NCBI GenBank assembly: GCA_039715015.1
Contig: JBDLIE010000001.1
Location: 1 to 64,000 of the forward strand
Length of the DNA stretch: 64,000 nucleotides
Direction: 5' to 3'
Origin: Thermodesulfobacteriota bacterium
GTDB taxonomy: Bacteria > Desulfobacterota > Desulfobulbia > Desulfobulbales > SURF-16
Part shown: positions 38,947 to 48,174 of the stretch, one piece after another
Position numbering within the stretch: the first letter of the stretch is position 1
How the letters are laid out: each line of letters starts with the position of its first letter
Notes under the pieces: generated by a model
Databases searched by the model: none
The model's input: only the letters and a program-made list of their open reading frames with translations
What the model was told of the DNA's origin: nothing
Made by a program: the position numbers and the translations under genes

Positions 38947-39824
38947 TGCACCCTCCGTCTCTCCCTGGCCCGGAAGAAGCGGACCAGGTCAACCACGTAA
39001 TCGTCATCAGTGACAAGGGGGATATGGTCAATGGCCTGCTTCTTAAAGAGCTGGGCCAGGGCCTGGCGTCTTCCCTCTCCCAGGGCCTGAAATTGGCGAC
39101 GGACCTTTTTGTTTGAGGTGTCAATAACCTCCATCTGGCCGCTCTCATTGTCGATCAGGCGCAAAAGACCGGCCTTGGGCAGCTCAAGTTCAGCAGGGTC
39201 AGTGATGGAGATAGCAATGACGTCATGGCGTTTTGCTGTGGCGCGCAGGGCCTTGCTGAAATCAGGGGCCCGGAAGTCGGAGACAAGAAAGACCACGGCC
39301 CGCTTATTCTGGACCTTGGCCAGGTAATTAAGCACAGTATTGATCTCTGTTTTCCGGCCCTTGGGCTGAAGATGGAGGATGTCGCGGACCAGGCGCAGGG
39401 CGTGGCTCGTCCCTTTTCTGGGCGGGATGAACAGTTCAATCTCATCACTGAAGGCGATGAGGCCAGCCTTATCGTTATTACGGATGGCTGAAAAGGCAAG
39501 GAGGCCGCAAAGCTCAGCGGCCACGTCGTTTTTTAGTCGGCCAGTGGAGCCAAAGACGCCGGAGGCGGAAAGATCAACAAGAAAGAGGATGGTGAGTTCC
39601 CTCTCCTCCACATAACGTTTGATGTGTGGCTCCCCGGTACGGGCCGTAACATTCCAGTCAATGGTGCGGACATCATCGCCGGGCTGATAGGGGCGCACCT
39701 CGTCAAACTCCATACCTCGGCCTTTGAATACAGAGTGGTATTCACCGGCCAGGATGTCGCTCACCGCCTTACTGGCTGTAATCTGGATATGGCGGATCTT
39801 TTGCCGTAACTCATTATCGATCAT
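38943..39824 (-). CDS. DUF58-domain protein
   Basis: GEYHSVFKGRGMEFDEVRPYQPGDDVRTIDWNVTAR, EEREL, VSDF. Confidence 0.93.
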   Translation of the reverse strand: MIDNELRQKIRHIQITASKAVSDILAGEYHSVFKGRGMEFDEVRPYQPGDDVRTIDWNVTARTGEPHIKRYVEERELTILFLVDLSASGVFGSTGRLKNDVAAELCGLLAFSAIRNNDKAGLIAFSDEIELFIPPRKGTSHALRLVRDILHLQPKGRKTEINTVLNYLAKVQNKRAVVFLVSDFRAPDFSKALRATAKRHDVIAISITDPAELELPKAGLLRLIDNESGQMEVIDTSNKKVRRQFQALGEGRRQALAQLFKKQAIDHIPLVTDDDYVVDLVRFFRARERRRVH

Positions 39825-40807
39825 GGGACCTCGATGGTTGCCAGAAGACGGCCAATGAGCTCATCACTATTGATCTCCTCAGCCTCGGCCTCATAGGTAA
39901 GGAGCAGGCGGTGGCGTAAGGCGTCCATGGCAATGGTCTTCACATCCTGGGGGGTGACATAGCCGCGGCCATCCAAAAGGGCGGTGGCCCGGGCCGCCTG
40001 GGCCAGGAAGATGGTGGCCCGTGGCGAGGCGCCGAACTGGATATAGGGGCCGATGTCGAGTTTGTATTGTTTCGGGTTCCTGGTGGCGTCCACCAGATTG
40101 ACGATATACTCCTCAATGGCCGGATCAATATAGATGGTGGTGGCCAAAGTGCGGAGGCTCAGGATGTCTGCCGGGGTCATGGCCGGTTTTGCATGGTTTT
40201 CCGGGTTAGCGGCCTGGGCCCGCATAATGAGAAGCTCCTCATCTTTGGAGGGATAGCTGACCTTAAGTTTGAACATGAAGCGGTCCACCTGGGCCTCGGG
40301 CAGGGGGTAGGTGCCCTCCTGTTCCACCGGGTTCTGGGTGGCCAGGACCATGAAGGGTTCTTCGAGGTTAAAGCTTGTGTCGCCGATGGTAATTTGCCGC
40401 TCCTGCATGGCTTCAAGCAGGGCACTCTGCACCTTGGCAGGGGCGCGGTTAATCTCGTCTGCCAGGATGATGTTGGCAAAGAGCGGCCCCTTTTTGACGG
40501 TGAAATCACCGTTTTTAGGGTTGTAAATCAGGGTGCCGAGCAGGTCGCCGGGCAATAGGTCCGGCGTGAACTGGATCCGTTGAAAATGAGTGCCGGTGGT
40601 CTGGGCCAAGGTGGTGACCGCCAAGGTCTTGGCCAGGCCGGGCAGACCCTCAATGAGCACATGGTTGTTGCAAAATAGGGCAGTCAGCAGCCTGTCTAAA
40701 AGTTGCTCTTGGCCAATGATGACTTGGGCAAGTTCCTGCCTGGTCTGTTGGATGAGAGGGGCTTGGGCTTGGACCTGTTCGGTGATTTCTGGCGTTTGCA
40801 TTGGCAT
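39821..40807 (-). CDS. moxR: MoxR-family AAA+ ATPase
   Basis: IEGLPGLAKT, RIQFTPDLLP, LADEINRAPAKVQSALLEAMQE, ATQNPVEQEGTYPLPEAQVDRF, GASPRA. Confidence 0.96.
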   Translation of the reverse strand: MPMQTPEITEQVQAQAPLIQQTRQELAQVIIGQEQLLDRLLTALFCNNHVLIEGLPGLAKTLAVTTLAQTTGTHFQRIQFTPDLLPGDLLGTLIYNPKNGDFTVKKGPLFANIILADEINRAPAKVQSALLEAMQERQITIGDTSFNLEEPFMVLATQNPVEQEGTYPLPEAQVDRFMFKLKVSYPSKDEELLIMRAQAANPENHAKPAMTPADILSLRTLATTIYIDPAIEEYIVNLVDATRNPKQYKLDIGPYIQFGASPRATIFLAQAARATALLDGRGYVTPQDVKTIAMDALRHRLLLTYEAEAEEINSDELIGRLLATIEVP

Positions 40808-41005
40808 ACTGAAAAGTTATAGGATGATGAAAACTGTAAGTTTCAGAAGAATAAAGAAGGGGAGGGGAGTTGTCAAGGAGGGGAAGCAGGGACTAAAAAA
40901 GGAGGGTGATTTTTATCCTCTCTAGGCAAAGCAGTGATAAAAAAGTTTCTCGATGGCAAGGTCTGCTAGACTACTTGTAGTCAACCCTAACTATGAGGTG
41001 AAAGT

Positions 41006-41527
41006 ATGAGAGTTGTACCCCTAGTAATGCTGATTTTCTTGTTGTTGCTGCCTGGATGCATACAGAGCTATCGCCTTTCTGTGGAAGGGGGAACGACTGT
41101 TGATATCTTTGCCAGCCAGAATCGAAACTCATCCTACGGTTTAGCCGGGAGTGATGGTATGGTTAGTCTGGCAGCCACTGATGTAGGCGCGGTAGAGGGG
41201 CTTGATGTAGGGATTGGTGCTGTGCGCTGGAGCGGTCCCTATTCAGATAATACCTTGGTCGGGACCAATGTTGGTTATCGTTTAGCAAACGACAATGGCT
41301 ATTTTGTCAGGGCGAGCATCGGCCCCTATTATGGCGATGAGACAGTGAGGACGTCAACTCACTGGACCTTTGGCTTCAACGCCGTGATAGGGATGGCCTT
41401 TAACGAGGGCAAGAATGAAATCTATACTGGTTTTTGGCATTTTTCCAACGGCAGCTCTTTAGGTCTCGCCGATAAGCCAAATATGAGCGAGGAGTTTTTG
41501 AACTGCGGAATTTCTTTCCTGTTCTGA
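41006..41527 (+). CDS. PagL-like acyloxyacyl hydrolase (lipid A deacylase family)
   Basis: Lipobox-like LPGC, small beta-barrel pattern, C-terminal WHFSNG...PN motif and terminal Phe. Confidence 0.7.
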   Translation: MRVVPLVMLIFLLLLPGCIQSYRLSVEGGTTVDIFASQNRNSSYGLAGSDGMVSLAATDVGAVEGLDVGIGAVRWSGPYSDNTLVGTNVGYRLANDNGYFVRASIGPYYGDETVRTSTHWTFGFNAVIGMAFNEGKNEIYTGFWHFSNGSSLGLADKPNMSEEFLNCGISFLF

Positions 41528-41568
41528 TTAAAAAAATAGGAATCATTTCGTGCCGTTCTGGTTGTGTT

Positions 41569-41976
41569 ATGGAGAAAAAATTGTTCGTTGCTGGCATAAT
41601 TGTCGCCATGATATCTTTTGGAGTTTTTAAAACGCATGCCAGGCCGGACCAGCGCTATGATGCAGGGAATCAAACAACAAGGGATCTGCTATTAAAGAAC
41701 AGGAGAGCTGGGTATAAAATTTTCAGGAATTTTTGTAAAAGTTGCCACTATCGAGAAAACGAACAAGCTCCTTTCCTCCATACCGAATCAAAAACCATGC
41801 GCGGCTGGAATACTGTTTTTCATAAAAAACATCCCAAGTGTGCCCAACAGGGTCTTTGGAATAAATTGTCCTCTGATGATTTATTGAACCTTAACGACTA
41901 TCTCTACTATAATGCTCTTGATGCCTATGATCCCAATGATCCTTGGGACAACGATGGCATCTGGTTTTATAACTAG
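41569..41976 (+). CDS. Exported monoheme cytochrome c
   Basis: Signal peptide, G.KIFRNFCKSCH (CxxCH), LNDYLY C-terminal helix. Confidence 0.8.
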   Translation: MEKKLFVAGIIVAMISFGVFKTHARPDQRYDAGNQTTRDLLLKNRRAGYKIFRNFCKSCHYRENEQAPFLHTESKTMRGWNTVFHKKHPKCAQQGLWNKLSSDDLLNLNDYLYYNALDAYDPNDPWDNDGIWFYN

Positions 41977-42135
41977 TTGACTTATGCAGAATTCATTTAT
42001 TCTATAAAAGAGAGAAATCAATCGGGCCCAGACCCAATTTTTTTGCTGTCGTGGTTGCACAATTTGAACAGTGCCTTCGATGCTTAAGAGCTGTTTTAAA
42101 AGCGCTTTTGTTTCCATACTCAAAAGGAGAGCAGC

Positions 42136-42780
42136 ATGAGCCTACAAGAACAACTTGACCAGATGCACGCAAAAGTTCTGTCAGATATGCCCGACCAGGC
42201 AGCACTATTCGATGCTGACACAGAAGAACTCGTAAAACAGAGGATAGGGAGTGACGTTCCTGCTGTGGGAGGTAAATCTCCTGATTTTGAACTTCCTGAC
42301 CAACTGGGACGCCGGGTGCGCTCGGTTGATTTGAGATCAAAGGGGCCTCTCGTGGTCAGTTTCTATCGCGGCAACTGGTGACCATACTGTAATCTTGAGC
42401 TGCGGTCATTGCAGCAACACTTGCCCCAGATAACTGAACAGGGGGCCTCGCTGGTTGCTATCAGCCCCCAGATCCCTGCCGAATCATTGAGGATAGCCGA
42501 AAAAGACCATCTTTCATTTCTCGTGCTCAGTGATGTAGGGAGTGGGGTTGCCAGAAGCTTCGGTTTGGTGTTCACCCTTTCAGAGCATCTGCGGCCTCTT
42601 TTTGAAGGGCTTGGCATCGATCTAGTGAAATCCAACGGAACCGACACCTTTGAATTGCCGGTACCTGCTACGTTTGTCATCGACCCCAATGGCATAGTGC
42701 GAGCTTCCTATGTGAACGCCGATTATAAGCAGCGAATGGAGCCATCGCAAATTATTAAAGCCCTCAAAGAGGTGAACTAA
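42136..42780 (+). CDS. AhpC/TSA peroxiredoxin-like selenoprotein (214 aa, Sec at residue 82, UxxC)
   Basis: ORFs 42136-42381 and 42409-42780 are one frame. TGA 42379-42381 sits at the Cys of the family motif FYRGxWCPYC (here FYRGNW-U-PYCNLEL). SECIS-like hairpin 17 nt downstream. Confidence 0.9.
42399..42415 (+). promoter_or_regulatory. Candidate bacterial SECIS hairpin of the peroxiredoxin-like gene
   Basis: GCUGC-GGUCAUU-GCAGC begins 17 nt after the UGA. Confidence 0.65.
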
Positions 42781-43200
42781 TATTCGCGATGCAGATAAAT
42801 AATAGAGACATAAGTGTTTGAAGGCTACAGTGACCACCAAAAAATTCCTTTATCTAAGTGCGATACGCCAGGCAACCATACGCAGATGTGCCTCACCCGC
42901 ACCATGGATATCTCGACCTTGATGTTTTGGTGTCACTTCATCCTTGTCCACATCCCTCCTCGTTCAGGGCTGGATGGGGAGAAGCATTGGCAGGGCCAGG
43001 CTTTTTAATGATTGTCCTTGCCAACGAAACAACTCAGGAATGTTGAATGTTGGCATGGGCTGCATGCTCAATATTCAATATGCGGCAGGACTTAAATATA
43101 GATTTACAAGGCGTCTAACTTATACACGTCGGCCAAAATGAAAAATGATTCAAACTCCATCAACCAAACAGTATGACAGACCATCCCCAAGAGGAAGCTC

Positions 43201-43485
43201 ATGAAAGCAAAAACCATAATCTTTACTCTCTCTGCTCTCCTAACAACATCAACTTCCGTATTCGGCAAAGCTGAATACGTGAAACAATATCAATGCCCAA
43301 TAGAAGGTTGCAGTATTACCTGCATTACAAAATCAGAAGGCACCCTCCAAATTAAAGAAGCTAAGAGACTAACCATGTATATTTATCCAAGTGGTACAAC
43401 TGTTTACGAAGCAAAAATTTCCTTTGGAGAGAAAAAAACAATTGTTACCGGGGAAAGTGGAGTTTGCAAAATTGACCACAAATAA
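43201..43485 (+). CDS. Small secreted Cys-containing hypothetical protein (integron cassette 1)
   Basis: 94 aa, signal peptide, four Cys, AT-rich; stop lies 10 bp before an attC-like site. Confidence 0.75.
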   Translation: MKAKTIIFTLSALLTTSTSVFGKAEYVKQYQCPIEGCSITCITKSEGTLQIKEAKRLTMYIYPSGTTVYEAKISFGEKKTIVTGESGVCKIDHK

Positions 43486-43495
43486 TAAAGAAATT

Positions 43496-43613
43496 GCCCA
43501 ACAATAGGCTCAAGCACGACGCGCGAGCAAGCCAGCTTCATAGGCTTCGCCAACTCAATACAACCCGAACTTATCAACCTCCGCTAGGCGCGCGTCTTCG
43601 CTTTGCGTTAAAC
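43496..43613 (+). mobile_element. Integron attC site (118 bp, slightly degenerate)
   Basis: Begins GCCCAAC (RYYYAAC), has GCTCAAGCACGACGCGCG ... CGCGCGTCTTCGC inner arms, ends GTTAAAC (GTTRRRY); lies between two co-oriented AT-rich ORFs. Confidence 0.75.
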
Positions 43614-43632
43614 AGTATAAAAGGATTATCAC

Positions 43633-44325
43633 ATGAAAGAAAAAGATAAATGGGACAAGTTCTCTATTATTTCAGGATTTTTGTCAGGTATTGTAATTGC
43701 GACAATAGGTATTGTATTTACAGTAAGTTTTTCGAGTAAACAGACTGAAATCGCTCAAAAGCAAACCGAATTAACAAGACAACAAATTCAAGTCTCTCAA
43801 ATTCAAACATTAGAAGCATTTATTCCTTATCTTGAGGACGATAATGCTGAAATGAGAAAATTTGCAGCACAGCGTATTGCTGATGCCGCCGGAGCAGACT
43901 ATGCAACTGAGCTAGAAAATATAGTGCAGAGCAACGAATTGAAAACAATAGCTGAAGACGCTCGAGCTAAAGGTCTTGGTGTAGGTCAACATCAACTGCC
44001 AGAGGCCAGGACGGTTAAGAGTGCAAATTCCAAATCAACAAAAGAAGGTTGGGTATACCTAGGTAATTTCGAGAATGGAGTATGGAAAACTCAATATCTT
44101 GATTTTGACATCAATGTTAATCCATCAACCCTTGATATGACAATTCAAACTGTCAAAAAGGAAACTGGATCACTTAATGTTAGAAAAGGTATACCGAATG
44201 TCATAGGACAATTCCCAAAAGTTATTGATGTGCTAAAGGTAGGTAGTGAGGTTGAAATATTAGACCATAAAGAATGGCTTACTAGCGGCTACATGTGGGC
44301 CCGTGTCAAGTATAGTGACAAATAA
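43633..44325 (+). CDS. Membrane-anchored hypothetical protein with a C-terminal SH3b-like domain (integron cassette 2)
   Basis: N-terminal TM, coiled/helical middle, LNVRKG...VIDVLKVGSEVEIL...WARVKY; AT-rich; starts 19 bp after GTTAAAC. Confidence 0.78.
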   Translation: MKEKDKWDKFSIISGFLSGIVIATIGIVFTVSFSSKQTEIAQKQTELTRQQIQVSQIQTLEAFIPYLEDDNAEMRKFAAQRIADAAGADYATELENIVQSNELKTIAEDARAKGLGVGQHQLPEARTVKSANSKSTKEGWVYLGNFENGVWKTQYLDFDINVNPSTLDMTIQTVKKETGSLNVRKGIPNVIGQFPKVIDVLKVGSEVEILDHKEWLTSGYMWARVKYSDK

Positions 44326-44364
44326 TATCACTAACTAAAACTGAATAAACAAGCTAAAATACCT

Positions 44365-44423
44365 GTCCAACAATTCGCTCAAGAACGACGTGTGACAAGC
44401 CAGTTTTAACGGCTCCGGCCAAC
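44365..44423 (+). mobile_element. Truncated second attC site (left arm only)
   Basis: GTCCAACAATTCGCTCAAGAACGACGTGTGACAAGCCAG...CCAAC closely parallels the first ~60 nt of the attC at 43496; no matching right arm seen. Confidence 0.65.
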
Positions 44424-44506
44424 ATAGTTTCATCTCGGAAGTTATGGGGAGATGATACAGAATTTCAAGCCCGGTTATCTTTTGTTGGCAGGGCAAAGGG
44501 CTCCTG

Positions 44507-45700
44507 TCAAGCCGTCTTGACAGGGTTTTTACGATATGTGAGGCTGGGTACGCCGTCAACGTAGATGCCTTCTAGGTAGGAGAGTTTTCTTGGCAGCTGT
44601 TTCACCGTGCCCCTGGTGATCAGGAATATTGCTTGCCGTCCGACAGTAAGCGTTCCCAGTTTCTCCATGCCGAAGAACCTGGCCCCATTTTCCGATGCGC
44701 ACCGGATGGTCTCCTCCAGTGAATAGCCAGCCTTGGTGAACAATTTCATCTCCTCGACCATCGACTCGCCATGGAGTAAGCCAACACTGCCGGCACCGGT
44801 TCCCACAGCCGTTGTCACCCCCAATTTTCTGGCAAAACGCAGTCGGGTTAGTTGTTCGGCGAGTATCTTTTTCCAAAAAGCCTCTGCGCCGGGGACCGGC
44901 TTTCCAGGAGCCACATAGCGCTGGGAGAAACGGCAACACACACTCCCGCCGGAGGCCGAACTGTCCAGGGCATTCTTGGCCCGCAGGACGCTAGGAATCC
45001 ACAACACATCCCTGTCCGCCATTTTCCTGAGATTGTCCTCGCCCATGGCGTAGCCCTGTTCGATGGCATCACACCCTGCCTCAAGCGCCTCCTCCACCTG
45101 CTGCCGGCCATTGGCCACCACCACCGCCTTTTTTTCGCCTCTGTGCTGCAGAATGCGGCACAGGTCTGCATGGTTAAGCCTAGGCTTTGGGGCTTCTTCG
45201 TCTTCGATATTGCCGGAATAAGCGATCTTGAGGAAATCACCGCCTGCCGAGCTGCCAGCTGCACTGTGCCTGCTCCGGCGAAGACGGCCGGATGTTCGAA
45301 TGTCAATCATGCTCCCCCTATCCATCCTGTGTTGATAGCGTTCCACCAGGTCGCTATCGCCGCTGTCGGCAACTCCCAGCACTCCGTGGGCATGGCAGTA
45401 GCTAATATGCTGCTCAAGCATGGCTGCCTTTTCCGCAAAGCCGGCCTCTTCAGCGGATAACCGCACCCCCCTGTCCAAGGAGGGCGATCGCGACAGGGAG
45501 ACGCTGCAGTCAACCAGCGCCGGCAAAATGGTGCAGTGCGAGAAGTCATCTATTGCAGGCCCGCCACTTTGGGGAAGGTCTGCTGCGGAGCCAATGGCGG
45601 TGATAATGGTGTCCTTCACTGCCAGAAAGACATTCCTGCGCACATCGGCGCCGCTGCCGTCGATCAGGCTTCCCGCCACAATAAATCGTGTTCCGTCCAT
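44507..45700 (-). CDS. Amidohydrolase-fold protein lacking the canonical metal ligands
   Basis: AGSLIDGSG, ITAIG, TILPALVD, AVGTGAG, GTLTVGRQA give the fold, but HxH reads SVS, and the other His/Asp ligand positions are substituted. Confidence 0.82.
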   Translation of the reverse strand: MDGTRFIVAGSLIDGSGADVRRNVFLAVKDTIITAIGSAADLPQSGGPAIDDFSHCTILPALVDCSVSLSRSPSLDRGVRLSAEEAGFAEKAAMLEQHISYCHAHGVLGVADSGDSDLVERYQHRMDRGSMIDIRTSGRLRRSRHSAAGSSAGGDFLKIAYSGNIEDEEAPKPRLNHADLCRILQHRGEKKAVVVANGRQQVEEALEAGCDAIEQGYAMGEDNLRKMADRDVLWIPSVLRAKNALDSSASGGSVCCRFSQRYVAPGKPVPGAEAFWKKILAEQLTRLRFARKLGVTTAVGTGAGSVGLLHGESMVEEMKLFTKAGYSLEETIRCASENGARFFGMEKLGTLTVGRQAIFLITRGTVKQLPRKLSYLEGIYVDGVPSLTYRKNPVKTA

Positions 45701-45951
45701 GGTTATTTTGTTTCCTTATGTATGCGGCCGTGTTTTTGATGGGGTTTGATAAAGTAAAGAGACTCCTCTCTTGCCTCAAAGGTGACCATGAATTATTCAA
45801 AATAAAGACATTTCTCAACGTATCACAGCTCGTTGTCACGATGGAAGGAATCCTCTGTTGTGTTTGATAAACAACCTTTCCCTCCCGGACTTCAACGAAG
45901 AACCTTATTTTTTCGTTGCTCCATTCTTTATCTTTGCCCTACCATACAAGC

Positions 45952-47223
45952 ATGAAACATGTCCTTATAGTCGGCGGTGGATTTGCCGGGTTGAAGGCGG
46001 CAAAAACGCTGGGCAATAAAAAAGGCGTACGGGTCACCCTCATCGACCGTACGAACCATCATCTCTTTCAGCCCCTCTTGTATCAGGTGGCCATGGCCGC
46101 CCTGAGCCCGGCTGATATTGCCGGACCGATCCGTCATATTCTGGCCCGCTATAAAAACATCACAGTGCTCCAGGACGAGGTCACGGACGTGCATATGGCC
46201 GAAAGGCGAATCGTTACGCAAAGGGGCAGTCTTGATTACGACTATCTCATCCTGGCCTGCGGATCGCGGCACTCCTATTTTGGCAATGAGGAGTGGGAAG
46301 AGTTTGCCCCTGGGCTCAAAACAATCGAACAGGCCACTGAGATCAGACGCCGGGTGCTGACCGGTTATGAAGCGGCAGAAAGGGAGCAGGATCCCTATAA
46401 GCAACGCAGGCATCTCACCTTTGCCATTGTCGGCGGCGGCCCCACCGGTGTCGAACTGGCCGGGGCCATTGGCGAAATGAGCCGCTTTACCCTGGCCAGG
46501 GATTTTCGTAATATCGATCCCAAGCTGACCCGCATCGTCCTGATTGAGGCAGGTCCACGCATCCTGCCCTCTTTCCCGGAAAAGCTCGCCAGCAAGGCCA
46601 CCCGCGATCTTGAAAAACTTGGGGTCCAGGTCTGGCCTAATAGTCTTGTGACCACCATTGATGCCAATGGTGTGCAAATCGGCAAAGAACGGGTCGAGTG
46701 CGCAACCGTCCTTTGGGCCGCAGGGGTCCGGCCCTCAACACTAAATGAACTCCTTGAAGTGGACCTAGACAGACAGGGCAGGGTTATTGTTGAGCCGGAC
46801 CTCAGTGTTGCCGGCCACCCAGAGGTCTTTGTGGCTGGGGATCAGGTCCATTTTGCCCATGGCCTGGCAAATCCCCTTCCCGGTATTGCTCCGGTCGCCC
46901 TGCAGCAGGGACATTGGATAGCCCGCAACATCTTGCAGAGCATAAAGGGGGCAGCGTCCCGGCCATTTCAGTATCTCGACAAGGGCCAGCTGGCAACCAT
47001 TGGCCGAAGCCGGGCCATTCTCGAATTGGGCAAACTGCAACTCTCAGGATTTTTTGCCTGGCTTGCCTGGCTCCTCATCCATATCTACTACCTGATCGGC
47101 TTTCAAAATCGTGTCTTTGTCACCATGAACTGGGCCTGGTCTTTTTTAAACTTCCGCCGCGGGGCGCGATTGATCATCGGTAAGGAGTGGCGCTTTTATA
47201 AATCTCCAAAGCGCAAGCCATAA
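45952..47223 (+). CDS. ndh: Type II NADH dehydrogenase (NAD(P)/FAD-dependent oxidoreductase)
   Basis: VLIVGGGFAGL, NHHLFQPLLYQVA, IVGGGPTGVELAG, WAAGV, VFVAGD, DKGQLATIGR. Confidence 0.93.
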   Translation: MKHVLIVGGGFAGLKAAKTLGNKKGVRVTLIDRTNHHLFQPLLYQVAMAALSPADIAGPIRHILARYKNITVLQDEVTDVHMAERRIVTQRGSLDYDYLILACGSRHSYFGNEEWEEFAPGLKTIEQATEIRRRVLTGYEAAEREQDPYKQRRHLTFAIVGGGPTGVELAGAIGEMSRFTLARDFRNIDPKLTRIVLIEAGPRILPSFPEKLASKATRDLEKLGVQVWPNSLVTTIDANGVQIGKERVECATVLWAAGVRPSTLNELLEVDLDRQGRVIVEPDLSVAGHPEVFVAGDQVHFAHGLANPLPGIAPVALQQGHWIARNILQSIKGAASRPFQYLDKGQLATIGRSRAILELGKLQLSGFFAWLAWLLIHIYYLIGFQNRVFVTMNWAWSFLNFRRGARLIIGKEWRFYKSPKRKP

Positions 47224-47414
47224 CAAGCATATTTAGTTGTCCGATGAGGGAAACTCTCGTTTCTAATTGATATTACTTGTCATGGATGGCCGCCTTTTTT
47301 TGACTCTTTACTCCTGGTCTATAGCCTCATTCTAGACAGCCGTGTTCGAAATAGGGGGAAGACCACGGTTTTCGACTCTACTTATCTTGCTGGACAACAA
47401 AATTTATTCCATTG

Positions 47415-48072
47415 TAGAAAACCACGTCCTGTGGGCGTGGTCAGAGTTCAGCGGCTCTGCCAGTTGAACGCTCAGATGTTACACCTATGCAAAGTTGTCC
47501 CCACAACTAAAAGCATAGGAGTAACAAATGAGTCGATTTAGAAAATTATCACATACCATTTGGCATTGCCAGTATCACATCGTTTTTGTGCCGAAGTACC
47601 GATTTAGGGTACTTGAAGGCGCAATAGCTACCGAGATTGAAAATTGTATAAAGTTGTTCAGCTCACAAAAAGAATGTGAGATTGTGGAGTTCAATGTCCA
47701 AATCGATCATGTTCATTTGCTAGTTTTTGTCCCGCCAAAGTTGTCAGTATCTGATTATGTGGGAATTATCAAAGGTCGAACAGCAATAAGAGTGTTCAAT
47801 AAGTTCAAGAGTTTGAAAACAAAGCCATATTTTGGCAATCATTTTTGGGCTCGCGGTTATTGTGTTGATACGGTTGGCTTGGATGCTGAAATGATACGTA
47901 AGTATGTAAAACATCAAGAGGAACAAGAGCGGAAAACTGAGCTAGACCAACCGAACTTGTTTTAACCCAATAAAGGGACAACTACTCCCCGGCCCCCTCA
48001 GGGGGCCAGGGCATACTCATCCCCTTACAGGGGTTAACTCAATACCTCCACCTCTGGTGGCGGTTATTTATT
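47415..48072 (+). mobile_element. IS200-like element 1 (IS200/IS605 family, tnpA only); ends approximate
   Basis: Subterminal hairpins ACCACGTCC-tgt-GGGCGTGGT (47421-47441) and ACCTCCACC-tct-GGTGGCGGT (48044-48064) flank tnpA; no tnpB. Confidence 0.85.
47528..47965 (+). CDS. tnpA: IS200/IS605-family Y1 (HUH) transposase
   Basis: CQYHIVFVPKYR, DHVHL (HUH), IKGRTA, FWARGYCVDTVG, IRKYV. Confidence 0.96.
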   Translation: MSRFRKLSHTIWHCQYHIVFVPKYRFRVLEGAIATEIENCIKLFSSQKECEIVEFNVQIDHVHLLVFVPPKLSVSDYVGIIKGRTAIRVFNKFKSLKTKPYFGNHFWARGYCVDTVGLDAEMIRKYVKHQEEQERKTELDQPNLF

Positions 48073-48174
48073 GATCAACTATGAGACAGCACTGGTTACC
48101 GATGATGATTTTAAAATCGAAGGTGAAGATTGACTCGGACAATCGGCGGAGCCGATGTAGCCGGCTTTAGTTAT

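Noticed and set aside
32061..40807. moxR-DUF58-bat operon as a novel system
   Set aside because: It is a well-known, widespread operon in its usual gene order.
42790..43135. Integron integrase remnant or attI site upstream of cassette 1 (GTCTAAC...GTCGGCC at 43113-43134)
   Set aside because: No tyrosine recombinase motifs in the frames I read; the spacing and the missing GTT do not fit attI.
43496..44423. CRISPR array suggested by two similar repeats
   Set aside because: Only two long imperfect copies separated by a whole gene, and no cas genes; they fit attC sites instead.
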